NCBI RefSeq assembly: GCF_006345805.1
Contig: NC_043003.1
Span: forward strand, 96,348,001-96,412,000
DNA length: 64,000 nt
Source of the DNA: Octopus sinensis
Lineage: Eukaryota
Direction of reading: 5' to 3'
The notes beneath the pieces were generated by a model that was not told the origin of the DNA, searched no databases, and was given only the letters and a program-made list of their open reading frames with translations. This document shows positions 12,140 to 26,126 of the stretch, piece after piece. The position numbers and the translations under genes are program-made. Within the stretch, counting starts at the first letter, position 1. Each line of letters begins with the position of its first letter.

Positions 12140-13500
12140 GTCTTTTCTTTTCTTTTTCTTTTTGGCCAATAAACACGCGCACTATTTATTTGATCTTCAC
12201 TTTAGCTTTATCAGAGTTTTTTGTTACACATTCTGTGACCACTTCAGTGACTTTCTGTCCTTCATGTCTCTACTCCAGTCTGGTCTTGTCCCGTCTATCT
12301 CATTTTGTCTTTCTGTAGTATGTAAACCTATATGTGCATGCATTTACATCTGTACATGTGCGTGTCTATGTGTTAGGTATGTGTAGGTGTGTCATATGTG
12401 TGTATATAGGTTTGTATATTACACTGTTTGTATCTGTATCATTATTTATTTTTCTTTTACTCTGTCCTTAGTTGTTGGGTTGCAGAATGTGGTGGTGGTA
12501 GTTGTGGAATTATTACTTCATTCACATTTTCTGTTCAGGCTTGGTCTATTTCCTATTATGTGTGTCGTCTCTGTAATCTGTCTAAGAATTGTGTCTGTTC
12601 TATGTATCAGTAAGATCCCAACATCTATGTTCTCCAGCAAACCCAACATACTCAAGTTTAGCATGTTGGTATAGCACTGACAAGCTTGAGCTTTTCTCCT
12701 CTGTGAGTTCCCACTAATGCTCACTTATCCTCCCACCTATGCTATGGGCTGTCCCTCTAGAATATGTCATTGTCCTGCTTCTGCACCATCCCTCTGTACA
12801 GCTTATGCTACAGAGAGCACTCCTCGTTTTGCAGTTTATCTTTGGGCTTACTCTACACACTATACCATTCCTATTGGTAAAGGTGATTCTCTCAAATGGG
12901 TATGTTCTACTGATCAAGGATTTTATGGAGGTACCTGGCCTTTCCACTACATTTATACATAGAATTGTTTAAGGTGGGGCTTTTCTAAAATGACATGTTA
13001 GTTCACCTTTAGGGGTAGTATTAACAAACATGACACTCTGGTATTTTTGGCTATCACCAGTTGCCCTTAGCTATCTTCCTCTTAGTTTTTTCTCTGCTGT
13101 TCCATGATTTGCTTCTATATAGCAGGCAAATCCTCTTTGCATCATTTTCTAACATGGTCTTGAATTTAGCCATGGCTACTTTGTACACTCCGATCTTGTC
13201 TCGATGGCTGTACCCAGAGAACTGCATGGGGTAGATTAAGTGTTGTTTGTGTCTACCTAATTTTGTTGGGTCACACATTCAGGATATGTTTCTCATCACC
13301 CTTACCAAGTATTTTACTAAGATATTGCACTTGGTATTATCCACAATTGCTGCATTCTGGTAGGTTAGGTATTTGGAGACCATGAGTTTCATGATGTTAA
13401 TATAAAGGAACTGAGCCACCTCCTTAGACTTACATGTGACAAAGAGTATGTAGACAAACATGACCTTAACTGTTTCTGCCCCAGTAGACCAATAAACAGT
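12140..13500 (-). mobile_element. Degenerate Penelope-like element: RT C-terminus, GIY-YIG domain and 3' pseudo-LTR with a hammerhead remnant (12211-12250)
   Basis: ORF 12714-12947 CRVS..NCKTRSALCSISC..C..Y.RGTAHSIGGRISEH (GIY-YIG-like). ORF 13054-13278 FSGYSHRDK..LYRSKSW (PLE thumb/linker-like). Downstream tca-CTGAAGT-ggtcac..gtaac-AAAA..tga followed by AATAAA. Confidence 0.7.
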
Positions 13501-15164
13501 GCGAGTGTTTTTTGACAAAAAAGAAAAGCACAACCATAAAAACCTATGTACTCCTCAGATGACATTTAATTTAATTATAAATTCATTGTTGAATGGTTTT
13601 AGTATGACCACCTTAGTATTATACTTAGGAAAAGCCTTATGAACTTTCTCTTATATATATTATAGTACCCCATTTTTAGGGTTTAAGATAATTTATATAT
13701 CCCCGTTTTTCTCTATATGGTTATAAAATCCCTTTTTGAATTTTTAACTTAATTTCATAGTTGAGATATGCTCCATCACCCTCAGTTTTAACTACTACCC
13801 TTAAGGTTTTTGGCCTCTTTTTGTTTTCAACCTTATGCCTTTTTTATTTGATAATCTAAATATATTTGACCACCCCCTTCCTTCCTCATTCTAGTTCTCA
13901 ACTCCCTCTCTCTCTGTCATTCTCTTACTAGCAGGTCCCTGATATGCCTTTTTATGTAGATTAGGCTAGACTTTTGGTCTCAATAAAATTAGGGCCAGGG
14001 AGAATATCTGACATTTAATTCATTTATCACCACTAGCAGAAACTTAACTGTTAACTCCCAAAGGGCTTAATTCTTAAGAGTTGGAGACAATATGCTGCAA
14101 ATAATCTTAGAAATGTAATAATGATGAATGTAGATTTAACTGTCTCTCTTTTCCTCATTCTTGACTCCCACTGTTCCACTATGCTACTCCAAATCATAGT
14201 AGGCTGTAATTATTTTGGTTGCTTTTACTGATGTCTGTTGCGCTAAAAGAATTATTTATTCTTTATGCCGGGGAATCTGATTGGGTGTTAAGTATCGTGA
14301 AAAGAGACCCTGTGGGATCTTTGACAACATGTACAGCTCTGCTCTTACAGAATTAACCAGAGCAAGTGAAATTGAGAGCTCTGAGAACAGAAATGGAAAT
14401 AATGAGGAGGAGGAGGAGGAGGATATATGTCTCTAAGGAAAAATTTAACTTCAAAATTTTATAGTACTGAAAAGTGCCTCAAAGTTAGTAACTGAAGAAT
14501 ATAAGGAGTATAATTGTAATCATGCTCATTTTAATTATTACCATAGTAAAAAAAAATTCATCATTGTCATATAGAAAATTAAATTGCTCTTTATTTCGTC
14601 ATTTTCACATAAACCCATTAATACAGCTAAAACTATTTGCATTGTGTGTACTGGCAGATTTAATATAGAACACGCACAAAAAAGGAAAAAAAATAACAAG
14701 TCACATTTAATCTTTGATTCATTGCGTGTAATCCAAATGATAGTGACAAGATTAATTTTTTTAGCTTCTTAAATAGTAGCCAACAGCTTTGCAACGTGAT
14801 AGTTTGTTTACTAAATAAATAAAAGAAATTAGCCAATTCGATTGATGCATTAATGAGAACATTTGCCCTGGATAGCTACCAGTGCTCACATGTATTGTAT
14901 GTTTGTTTGTTTAGACCCAAGTCAAACCAGGTCAAGTTGATCCATGATCAAAAGTGTCTGAGCCATCACCATGCCATATTTCCTACCTCAAGCAGAGAAT
15001 ATATCAAACTATATAATCCAACGTGTCCTTCTTCTGTTTAACCTCTAGGACATTGCATTTTCTCTACAACTGTTTCCCCCTGCCACTGCCCAGCAACTAC
15101 AGGACAGAAAACTTGTATGACGACTTAATGCACCTACAGTGTGCTAAAGGTTAAGGTGGTAGAA

Positions 15165-15314
15165 GGCATGGTTGTGTGGTAAGAAGATTGCTTCTCAACC
15201 ACATGGTCCTGGGTTCAGTCCTGCTGACAAGTGTTTTCCGCTGTAATCTTGGGCTAACCAAAGTCTTTTGTGTGAATTTGGTTGACAGAAACTGAAAGGA
15301 GCCTATCATACAAA

Positions 15315-15346
<32 letters not shown>

Positions 15347-15600
15347 AGAGAGAGAGGTAGTGTGTGGGGGGAGGAGGTACTTGTGTCTCCTTGTTTTGAC
15401 ATTGCATGATAGTTGTAAATGAGTGTCAGTCATACAAGCAGTGTTATTTATTTCCAATATTCTGCAAGAATGTCTGGCCATGGACACATATTACTTTGCT
15501 TGGAAACAGATGAAGGCTGGCTGTAGAAAAATCTGCTTCAAATAAACTGTATTTGGACCATGCAATCATGAACAAGTAGATGTTAAATGATGATGATGAT
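15165..15600 (+). mobile_element. SINE with family A head and RTE-like (GAT)n tail
   Basis: ggcatggttgtgtggtaagaag..gggttcagtcc head; tail ctgtagaaaa...gatgttaaatgatgatgatgat resembles the RTE 3' end. Confidence 0.7.
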
Positions 15601-15704
15601 AATGAATGTGATTTGAAGGAGATTTTGTTGCTATTTTTAACAGATCAAATGAACATGTAGAAGCTCTGAGATTTAGTATCTTGACTTATAATTATCACTG
15701 GAGA

Positions 15705-16134
15705 TCTTTTCTTTTATCTTTTACTTGTTTCAGTCATTTGACTAAGGCCATGCTAGGGCACCACTTCTTTTTTTTTTCTACTCTAGGCACAAGGCCCAAA
15801 CTTTTGGTGGAGGGGGCTAGTCGATTAGATCAACCCCTGTACACAACTAGTACTTAACTTATTGACCCCAAAAGGATGAAAGGCAAAGTTGACCTCAGCG
15901 GAATTTGAACTCAGAACATAAAGACAGATGAAATACCGGCGTGCTAATGTTTCTGCCAGCTCACACTGGGGCACCACCTTCAAGAATCTTTAGTCAAATG
16001 TATTAACCCCAATACTTATTTTTCAAAAACCTGGTACTTATTCTATCAGTCTCTTTTACTGAACCACTAAGTTTCATGGACATAAACACCTCAGCACCAG
16101 TTGTCAGGGTGGCAGAACAAGCACAGACGCAAAG

Positions 16135-16189
<55 letters not shown>

Positions 16190-16370
16190 TACATATATAT
16201 ACATTTATACAATGGGCTTCTTTCAGTTTCTGTCTACCAAATCCACTCGCAAGGCTTTGGTCAGCCTGATGCCATAGTAGAAGACACTTGCTCAAGGTGC
16301 CGTGCAGTGGGAATGAATCCTGAACCATGTGGTTGGGAAGCAAGCTTCTTGCCACACAGCCCCACCTGCA
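15705..16370 (-). mobile_element. SINE family A interrupted by a family D SINE (about 15765-15965)
   Basis: 12-bp TSD ctagggcaccac (15753-15764) / ctggggcaccac (15966-15977). Confidence 0.75.
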
Positions 16371-16717
16371 CCAGTTATTTTTTTTTTATCTTGAATTAAT
16401 TAGTTTATTTGTAATCTACAAATATTTTTAAAATGTTTCAACATCACCACCATCCTCCTCCTCTTCCTCCTCATCATCATTATCATCATCACTACAAATA
16501 TTATTTCATCATCATTGGTAGTCCCACTTGGCTGAGTCAGAAGCTAGATTATTTAACTTTTTCCTCCTCCCCTATTAACAGTATCACTATGTGTCCTTCA
16601 CTAATAATTGATTTGTTAGATCCTTACCCTAAACTTAAATGAGTTTATGAACTGAGGATGTCATTGAATCAGTCATACCATAACTTCTGTATTTATTGAT
16701 TACATGTATATACGTAG

Positions 16718-17140
16718 GTGCAGGTGTGTCTGTGAGGCACAAAGCTTGCTTCCCAACCACGTGGTTCTGGTTTCAGTACCATTGTTAGGCACCTTGGACA
16801 AGTGTCTTCTACTATAGCCTTGGGCCAACCAAAGCCTTGAGATTGAATTTGGTAGATGGAAATTGAAAGAAGCTTTGTCGTATGTGTGTGTGTCTGTGCA
16901 CATGTCATCTTTGTGTCTGTGCTTGTCTACCCCACCCTACCCCACCTCTGCTTGACAACCAGTGTTGGTATGTTTATGTTCATGTAACTTAGTGATTTGG
17001 CAAAAGAGCCTGATAGAATAAGTACCAGGCATTAAAACAAAAATAAGTACTTGAGTCAATTCATTTGGCTTAAACTTCTTCAAGGCAGTGCCCCAGCATG
17101 GCCACAGTCTAATGACTGAAATAATTGAAAGATGAAAGAT
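16718..17140 (+). mobile_element. SINE family A copy
   Basis: Head, ggcaccttggacaagtgtcttctactatagcc core and tail all present. Confidence 0.8.
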
Positions 17141-17769
17141 ATTTTACCAGATTTTTAAATCTAGAAACTAGAGGTGTGCATTAGACTCAAGAATTAAATG
17201 CTACCCATTTTTCTTTAAAATCTAAGTTAATGCAATTTATTTCCTTAGAAATTATACAGAAACTCCTAAGAGAGTAGTTTAAAATGTCTTCTCAGTCTCT
17301 AATAATTAAAAATAGTTAATCAACATTAATTGTTTTTTTAAAATTCTTAAATTAAGTTTTTTAATTAAAATGAATTGAGTCTCAGCATCTAAATAAACAT
17401 GAGCTCTAAATTTTTTTCTTGTACAAACTATGAAAAGAGGGAGAGATGGAGAGGTGATGGTGGGGGAGGAAATTAGCAAGGCAATGAAAGCTGTATTCAT
17501 TTCAAATTGTGGGTAATCGTTTTTGGCAGAATTGTAATGTTTATTTAAAATGATGTTTTTTTGGGGTCTTTTTTTTTCATTTTATATACAGCTAACAGAG
17601 CCATCAAATGGTGCACAGCTATTGTATCAAAGTAACATGAACTGCAAAGATGTGATTTGAGAAAGAAATGGTTGCTATTTCTGACACATCTAGCTTTCAT
17701 GTGGAGTCTAACTTGTTATTAGTTCCCATATGTGAGTGTGTAAATTAAAAAGGATAAAGATCTGTTACA

Positions 17770-18005
17770 AGTCATATAGACTCATAGGGCTGATTTCCAT
17801 GGTGTATATGTTCCCCACCTGGACAGGACGCCAGTCTGTGGCAAGTTTACTCATTTTTACCAGCTGAATGGACTGGAGCAATGTGAAATGAAGTGTTTTG
17901 CTCAAGAACACAATATGTTTCCCAGTCCCAGAATAAAAATCATACTTTTATGATCATGAATCCAACCCACTAGTGAATCTAACCACTTAGCTGCCTGCCT
18001 CTACA
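17770..18005 (-). mobile_element. SINE family C copy (working name)
   Basis: ttactcatttttaccagctgaatggactggagcaatgtgaaatgaagtgttttgctcaagaacac is the reverse complement of the core at 24128-24195. Confidence 0.75.
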
Positions 18006-18210
18006 CCCTACCCTGCATATATATATATTGCGAGGATAATTCGGTTCTTGACTGAAGATTAGAGGCTTCGAATGACCCATCCGTTTTTTGTGTCGTCTAT
18101 TTGAATGTTTTGCGTTCTTGTCTCATTGTGTATTTTTATATATGTTTTTTATACATATATATACATGTATAATATTAAGAAAATGGAATTCACTAAACTC
18201 TTTATTCAGA

Positions 18211-18314
18211 ATCATACAATCATTTCGACTCATCATGCACTAGTACTTTGCAGGTGAGATGTTGTACAAACAGTTGTAATGCATCATAGGTGCATATGCA
18301 TCTCCTCAGGTGAT
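18211..18314 (-). ncRNA. Type I hammerhead ribozyme-like motif with extended helix II (Penelope pLTR-derived, decayed)
   Basis: Minus strand: atca-c-CTGAGGA-gatgcatatgcac...gtgcatgatgagtc-GAAA-tgattg-TA-tgat, then AATAAA. tgattg can be read as a CpG-decayed cgatcg palindrome. Confidence 0.55.
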
Positions 18315-18338
18315 ATATATATATAAAGATATATTTAG

Positions 18339-18504
18339 TATAGGACAATCAGTAAGTTATCATAATACAACTCAGAGTTTCAAAAGCCGGAACTAAGAGC
18401 TTCAAGTTATTTTCATCGACTATCATCAAAATAACCAATGAAAATGCCTTGAGGCTCTTACCTCTGCCATTTGAAACTCTGACAACTTACTGATTGTCCT
18501 ATAT
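18339..18504. repeat. Imperfect fold-back inverted repeat within (TA)n
   Basis: tataggacaatcagtaagtt / aacttactgattgtcctata, and cagagtttcaaa..taagagcttcaag..ttttcat / atgaaaa..cttgaggctctta..tttgaaactctg. Confidence 0.8.
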
Positions 18505-18581
18505 ATATATATTCCTCTATTTACATAATATCGAGGTCTCATTCTTTTGTTGTCATTTTATTAATATTATTACAATTATTA

Positions 18582-18655
<74 letters not shown>

Positions 18656-19056
18656 TATGGAGAGAGAGAGAGAAATAAGATAGATAGATAGATAGATTGA
18701 TACATACACATGTTCATATATATATGCATACAGACATACATATATACATGCTTAAAGCAATTGAGACTTAAGTGATTTAAGAGAAGTTTGGCAGCTATTT
18801 CTTAAATAATGTGTCGCTACTATGCAGACGCCTTGCTGGTTAGAATAAGCACACATACACAAACATATAGCCATATGTTTTTTACAGTAAATCCAGTGTT
18901 CAAAGCCAGCAAGTGATGTTATGATGACATTTTTCATCCCAATATTTACATGCTGTAGTTTTATGTGATGTGCCTCGAGAGTGAATGTTCCAAAACAGAA
19001 TTATTTCACTTTCTGTTGAACGTTTATAAAATGATTCTTATGACATCAATAATATA

Positions 19057-19088
<32 letters not shown>

Positions 19089-19167
19089 ATATATGATGAT
19101 GATGATGTATCCAACCCATGCCAGCATGGAAAAGAGATGTTAAGTAACGATGATGATGATGATGATG

Positions 19168-19198
<31 letters not shown>

Positions 19199-20439
19199 CA
19201 TACACACCTACCAATTTATATCTACCCATACATAATCTCTATCTCTACCATAATCTACTTTTTTCCGACTCCATCATGTTGCTTGAGTAACAAGAGATTA
19301 CTCTATTAATATCATACCCCATCTTTTACACCTGTCTTTTAGGTCACTTCTGTATTGACATAAGTCACTCTCTTACCTGCTTTTAGCTTCTATCATACAC
19401 ATGCACATATGCGCACTCCCTCTCTCTCTCTCTCTCTCCAACATTTTGTACATCTCTCATCTCTTGCTACTCACTGTCATTCTCTTAGCAGCATCGAGTG
19501 CTTCCCATTCATTGTGATGCTTAAGTCTTATGAGATTCTGTCAGATATATTGACATCTGATACCTACCAGCTCTCTATATTTTCTACTGTTATTTGTACC
19601 TCTGTTTGTCACTATGCCTAGATGACAAGAGATTACATCACATCTGATACCCCCTACACACACACACACACACAAGCTTCACTCTCTCACCCTTAAACAT
19701 CCACCAGTCTTCTTTCCTTTGCAATATTGACCACTCATCACTCATACCCCTTTTCTTAAATTTTAACTTTATCCTTCTATATTCCTAGCCTCAACATCTT
19801 CCTCAGGTTACTCACTATTGGCTTCTATCACACTTTAACTTCATTCCATTTTACAGCTACCCATCACTCATTCTCTCCCATTACTTCATACCATTACACT
19901 CTACATACACTGTACCAGTACCATTACTGTCTCTTTGGACAACTTCACACCTTTCCCTTTCTTCTCTTCTACCTGTCACCCCAATCACCCTGTTTTCTTC
20001 TCCATTTGCTTCCTTCTTTTCCCCTTCTTATGAAACCTTTCTTCTACCTACTCTGTTAGTATCATTGTCCTGTATGAACAGAGACAATGTAGAACAATGA
20101 TGATTTCTTTTGTTTTCCAGAGTTCAAAGAAAAAGCATTTGTGCACCCAAAATGCCCCCCAAACACTTTGTAAAGAGGTTGGTTAACAGGTGGAGACAAT
20201 GAAGAGTCAAGGGGATTCTTTGCCTTGTTCAAGACTTGGCAGCCTCTTCTCATCGTCATCATGAACATCATCCTCTACCAAGTAAAATGTTTACTTGTGT
20301 CAGATACAGTGACAGGTTTACCACATATCTTGTTCCATCATCTGAGACCAGAATTCAGCTGCAGTGTTGTTGCCACTTTCCTCCATCAGGATTTAGCCAT
20401 AGTTTTGAAAAAAAAGAACAATCGTAGTTCATCCTCCCA

Positions 20440-20920
20440 TCGGTCAATTCCTAGGTCATCACTTAGCTGAGTTTACTGAGCACTGTCAGCAACATCTGAG
20501 AGGTTCACCTGCCATCTTCCTGCACTCCTGTTGGTCATCTGGTGAGATTGCCATTGAGTTGTTCATTGATTACTTTCTACACTCAGCTGAAGACCATATA
20601 AGAGTATCTGAGTGCAGTGACCATTGAGGGATTTAGCTGTGGTCCTAGCAAGGGTTTAACTTTCACATCAGTAAAGGAGGATTGTCTCAATGGTAGATGA
20701 GAAGATTCTCTTCTTCAGTTGTCTGAAGAAGTTGGATATCAAGGATTTCTCATCTCATATCATTGGACACTTTCTAGGCAAGACCTCTATGTACTTTGAT
20801 GTCCTTCACTGAATATGCTATGAATTATTTGTGGCTTTAGAAACTTACTTCAACAAGGCATCTTCAATGGTCTTTAGTGACATTTGGTCAGTTACATTGA
20901 AAACCATATTGTCCATCTTC
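20440..20920 (-). mobile_element. Highly degenerate RTE-type LINE RT C-terminal fragment
   Basis: Manual minus-strand reading gives IETILLY*CES*TL..LNGHCTQIL..INEQLNGNL, resembling RTE RT thumb motifs; many stops. Confidence 0.5.
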
Positions 20921-21694
20921 CTGATATTTGTAGCTTAACTTTATTGCACTTGGATTCTACTCCTTTTTTAATATTATTGTCTGCCGAATTCCCTGTTATA
21001 GCCATTTCACTTACATTTTTAATACTCTTTAGGTGATATGAATATCATACATTCACAATTAGAGCCTCTCTTCTCTAATTCTCAAAACTCCTTCCTGTAT
21101 TACCTATCAATATTTACATTAAGAAACAAGTTCCTGTTTCAAACATGAGAAATATATTCTCCAGGTAGCCAGGAGTAGTATTTATAGACTTTAAACCATT
21201 GAAAGTGATGTATAAATGCAGCTCAGGAATTCAGTTTCCTGCAGTCAGTTTTCAATACAACAGATATGTGTCAGTGTTATTAGATAGATTAGAGATAACA
21301 TGGCTGTTTTGAAAAACATGGAGAAAGCAAACCTATGATTATACAGGTCTACAACAATTTTGCTTTCTTTGAAAATAAAGGCTGTTTTAGTCTACCTTTA
21401 GCGGTGTAGATTCCAAGTATAATATCAGTCTTCCTTTAACATCCCAGTTTTTATCACTAAACATGACAGACCAAAAATCTGAAATCACTCATATTTTGCA
21501 TTTTGGGAAAAATACTGATGGTATTAATTCATTATTTCAAGCCATTCTAGTCATGGTACTACTGAAGTACTATCAATAATTTATTTTATTTAATGAGAAA
21601 AATTAAATGTTTAGAAATCCTGTACACCACACCAGTCTTGTGTTATAGAAAAAGAATCAGAGAACAAGACTGCAAAGTAATAGGCTCTTAACAT

Positions 21695-21910
21695 TAGTTT
21701 CAAATTTTGGCACAAGGCCAGCAAATTTTAGGGGAAGAGTTAGTCAATTATATTGACTCTAGTATTTGACTGGTACTTTATTTTATCGATCCAAACAGGA
21801 TGAAAGGCAAAGTTGACCTGGATGATATTTCAACGCAGAACATAAAGTTGGAAGAAATGCCACTAAGCATTTTCTGTGGCATGGTAACTCTTCTGCCACC
21901 TCACCTCCTT
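21695..21910 (-). mobile_element. SINE family D copy
   Basis: ggcacaaggccagcaaatttt..ggatgaaaggcaaagttgacct..ctaagcattt. Confidence 0.75.
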
Positions 21911-22394
21911 AATAGGCTAATAATAATAAGGAGAGATATCTACACCACCATAAAGCATTCAGAACAGAATAGTACATGAAAATGTTTTCTAGATTAATTC
22001 CCTAAAACAAAGAAAGGGTCTGGTATTGATTCTTACCAGAGAGAAAGTATCTGCTGACAGTTTGTAGCTGAGAAGAGTTTTACAGCTAATATATATATTT
22101 TTTTATATAAGGAATAATCTTAGAAACCTATACTTCTGTACCAATTGGCCACAAAACGGGGAAGTGGCACTGGATAGCTGAAATATTAACATAATTGGTT
22201 AACATGTGGAAATTTTAAAGTGGCCAAGTGGCCAATAAAGCAGTTACATTAGATTTCCATGCTCTTTCTTTTCTTTTTTTTTTGGGGGGGGGTTGCATAG
22301 ATGTAAGGATATGTTTATGGAGCACTCACGTGGTACTTACTCGTATTTTCAAACATAAAGACACAAAGGCATATACACACATAAATATTTTTTT

Positions 22395-22668
22395 ATTTCT
22401 TACTTGTTTCAGTCATTAGACTGCGGCCATGCTGGGGGACTACCTTGAAGAATTTTTTTTTTCAGTCAAATGGATCAACCTAAGCACTTACATTTTCTTT
22501 TTTCAGCCTGGTACTTATTCTATGAGTTTCTTTTGCCAAATGCTAAGTCACAGGGACGTAAATACAGCAACACCAGTTGTCAAGCAGCGGCGGATGACAA
22601 ACACAGACACCAAGACACACACACATTTATATATATATATATTTATATATATATATTTATATATATAT

Positions 22669-22704
<36 letters not shown>

Positions 22705-22870
22705 CAACAGGCTTCTTTCAGTTTCCATCTACTAAATCAACTCACAAGGCTTTGGTCAGCCCGAGGCTATAGTAGAAGACAGTTGTTCGAGATGCCACAC
22801 TGAGAGACTGAACCCAGTACCAAGTGGTTGGAAAGCAAGCTTCTTAACCACACATCCACATTTGTGCCTA
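22395..22870 (-). mobile_element. SINE family A copy with internal (TA)n
   Basis: Reverse complement of the 25604-25998 element throughout. Confidence 0.8.
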
Positions 22871-23435
22871 TGTTCTAATTGCTAGTACATTTCAGTAACT
22901 ACTACGTAAATATTTCATTATATGTTTGCTTAGTTATTCATTTATTTATTGGGAGAAACCTCAAACACTTTGATTCTGGGATGGGGTGGTATGGTTTAGA
23001 TGGGGTGGTATGGGTTAGATGGAGTGGAATGGAAAAACAAAATGGGAATAAAGATAGAGAAAGAAATATATATAAAAAAAAATATGCTTCATGAACTGCT
23101 ATCGAGAGTAGTCATGATTAAGAAACACATTTGATTAATTAACTCTGATTAATGTAAAAAATGAATAAATAAATAAATTTACAGTTAATAAAGTAAATGA
23201 TGTAGGCAACAATCAATATATACCATTCCATATATACCAGCGTGATGGCAATGGTGTGTATAGTTTAGAAGAAATGGCAGGGCCACCATAATAAATTCAT
23301 TACCATTATTTTTGTAGACACTGCTTCTCATTCCTTTCAGATTATAAAAAAAAAATTACCAATACTTGCTATTGATTTATTAATCTACTAATCTCCCTTA
23401 CGTATTGGTAGTCTTTTGCTAATATTAAACACCTT

Positions 23436-23482
23436 TATTATTATTATTATTACTATTATTATTATCATTATCATTATTATTA

Positions 23483-23528
<46 letters not shown>

Positions 23529-23568
23529 CATTATTATCATTATTATTATTATTATTATTAATAATATT

Positions 23569-23605
<37 letters not shown>

Positions 23606-23708
23606 ATATCATTATCATTATTATTATTATTATATATTATTATTATTATTATTATATTATTATTATTATCATTATTATCATTATTATTATTATATTATTA
23701 ATAATATT

Positions 23709-23745
<37 letters not shown>

Positions 23746-23746
23746 A

Positions 23747-23792
<46 letters not shown>
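23436..23792. repeat. Long imperfect (ATT/ATC)n microsatellite, about 355 bp
   Basis: Directly visible; produces poly-Ile/Tyr/Leu pseudo-ORFs. Confidence 0.95.
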
Positions 23793-24470
23793 GCGACAAG
23801 CTGGCAGAGTTGTTAGCATGCTGGACAAAATGCTTAGCAGTATTTCACCTGTTGCTACATTCTGAGTTCAAATTCTGCTATGGTCAACTTTATCTTTCAT
23901 CCTTTCAGGGTCGATAAATTAAGTACCCGCTGAATACTGGAGTCGATATAATTGACTACTCCTCCCCCAAATTTCAGGCCTTGTGCCTAAAGTAGAAAGG
24001 ATCATTATTATTATTATTATTATTATTAGCCCTTTAAAGGCAGGGGTGGAGGCGCGTGGCTTATTGGTAAGGGTGTCAGCACCATGATCATATGATTGTG
24101 GTTTCGATTCCTGGACCGGGCAACGCGTTGTGTTCTTGAGCAAAACATTTCATTTCACGTTGCTCCGGTCCACTCAACTGGCAAAAATGAGTAACACTGC
24201 AATGGACTGGCATCCCATCCAGCTGGAGAACACATACACCATAGAAACTGGGAAACCGGGCCCATGAGCCTGGTTGGGCTTTAAAAGAGGCGCATTTATT
24301 TATTTATTATTAAGGGCAGCAAGCTAGCAGAATTGCTTACATGCCAGGCATGTAAGTTCAGATACAGTTGTGGTCAACTTTGCCTTTAATCCTTTCAAGG
24401 CTGATAAAGTAAAGTACCACCACCCTAGTACTGGAGTTGATGTAATTTACTTGACCCTTGCCCCTAAAAT
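23793..24470 (+). mobile_element. Cluster of three SINEs: family D (23793-24000), family C (24045-24295), degenerate D (24312-24470)
   Basis: tRNA A/B-box-like heads (gctggcagagttgttagc..gagttcaaattc; gcgtggcttattggtaa..gtttcgattcc) and family cores. Confidence 0.75.
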
Positions 24471-25050
24471 GGAAAGGTCATATAGTGATTATTTATGTCT
24501 ACATGCATCAAGTAATTTGAGATGAAAGTACTAAGTCAGTAATTAGGATTTTGTGAGAAATTGCCATTTCTGAGGGATGAAAGACGCTCATATACTCTCT
24601 ATCACAAGATGTTGAATAGATACCCACAGAGAAAGAAAAGTTGACAGGATTGAGAACATGCTGTTAGAATATTTGTGCAATAGATGAATGGAATGTATAG
24701 CTTCTACATTCAATCCTAGATTGCTCACCAAATAAAATTCAATTTATTTTTGAAATAGTATTATGTATTGGAACATTACCTGTCAATGATGGGTAACTTT
24801 GGAAGCATACTTTTGCCACCATGAGTAATGAGATACATACAATAAGTGTTTGGCAAAGTATTTAAAATCCTTGTAGGTTGTACAAATTTTGCTTCAGTAA
24901 GCACCCATGCCTCTCATATGCAGGGCTTTTTTTTATATATTTAGGTGGCGAGTATCTATGTACAAATAATTTGCTTTATATATATATATAAGTTCAGTTC
25001 AGTTCAGTTCAGTAAAAATTTAGATTCAGTTGAATATGGTACTTAAGTTA

Positions 25051-25155
25051 AAGGCACCAGAATTTAGTATGGTATTATCCATATAATTCAAAATTGGGTG
25101 ATTATCACCTCATTTTGAATTATATGGATAATACCATATTAAATTCTGGTGCCTT
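25051..25155. repeat. Near-perfect 105-bp palindrome/hairpin next to (TA)n
   Basis: aaggcaccagaatttagtatggtattatccatataattcaaaat..ggtgat-t-atcacc..attttgaattatatggataataccatattaaattctggtgcctt. Confidence 0.9.
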
Positions 25156-25603
25156 ATATATATATATATATAATGCCTATTCATGTATTATATAGAGACA
25201 TATCTAATATATGCACACACATACACACACATATGTATACAGATACATCTATCTTCGGGCACACGAGGCGTCGGCATTGCTGTAAAAGTCAGAATCAAAA
25301 AATCCTCTAATAAACCATCAATCACTGGAAATACAATAGGCACAACAGAAATTGGGCGACAAGCAAAGAAATTAACTTACCATCTCGGCAGAAAGCTGCA
25401 GAATGAGGAAATAGATATTACTGAATCAATTGATTTTGAATTTTAAAATTAACTCCCTTAATTCACTTCAGCAGGTTTCACTATATACCTAGCATTAAAA
25501 ACTTTACTCTTTCATTGTGCCTGGTGACCATTGAAAAGCTAGCACCAAATTCAAAATTGGTGTCAGTATATAAATTTCATAAATGAATAAATATTCAAAA
25601 AAT

Positions 25604-25998
25604 AGAGTGGCTGTGTGGTAAGTAGTTTGTTTGCCAACCACATGGTTCCGGGTTCAGTCCCACTGCGTGGCACCTTGGGCAAGTGTCTTCTACTATAGCC
25701 TCGGGCCAACCAAAGCCTTGTGAGTGGATTTGGTAGACAGAAACTGAAAGAAGCCCGTCGTATATATGTATATATATATATATGCGTTTGTGTGTCCGTG
25801 TTTATCCCCTTGGCTTTGCTTCACAACCGATGCTGGTGTGTTTATGTCCCTGTTACTTAGCGGTTCGGCAAAAGAGACCGATAGAATAAGTACTGGGCTT
25901 ACAAAAGAATAAGTCCCGGGGTCGAGTTGCTCGATTCAAGGCGGTGCTCCAGCATGGCCGCAGTCAAATGACTGAAACAAGTAAAAGAGTAAAAGAGA
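25604..25998 (+). mobile_element. Young, apparently full-length SINE family A (tRNA-like head, CORE-like domain; resembles described octopus OR-type SINEs, unverified)
   Basis: gagtggctgtgtggtaag (A box-like), ggttcagtcc (B box-like), ccttgggcaagtg core, CpGs retained, (gtaaaaga)2 tail. Confidence 0.85.
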
Positions 25999-26126
25999 TA
26001 TTATTATTAATTATTATTATTATTATTAGTAAAATAAATAAAACCAACAATAACATAAGTGGCCAGCAAGCAAAAGCTGATAAATGGCAAATCCAAAATT
26101 TTATAATTAATTTATAATTATAACAG

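Noticed and set aside
18045-18085. CTGAAGA...CGAA hammerhead-like fragment (similar half-motifs near 8935 and 47740)
   Set aside because: Helices or the GAAA box are missing; too degenerate to count.
19200-20050. Strong pyrimidine skew (opposite purine skew at 29650-29910, 46340-46540 and 47290-48060)
   Set aside because: Looks like decayed low-complexity repeat sequence; no paired template is available to show directional hypermutation as at 57.3 kb.
25604-25670. tRNA-like A/B boxes at SINE heads (also 24045 and 23793)
   Set aside because: No complete cloverleaf, and they continue into SINE bodies, so they are not tRNA genes.
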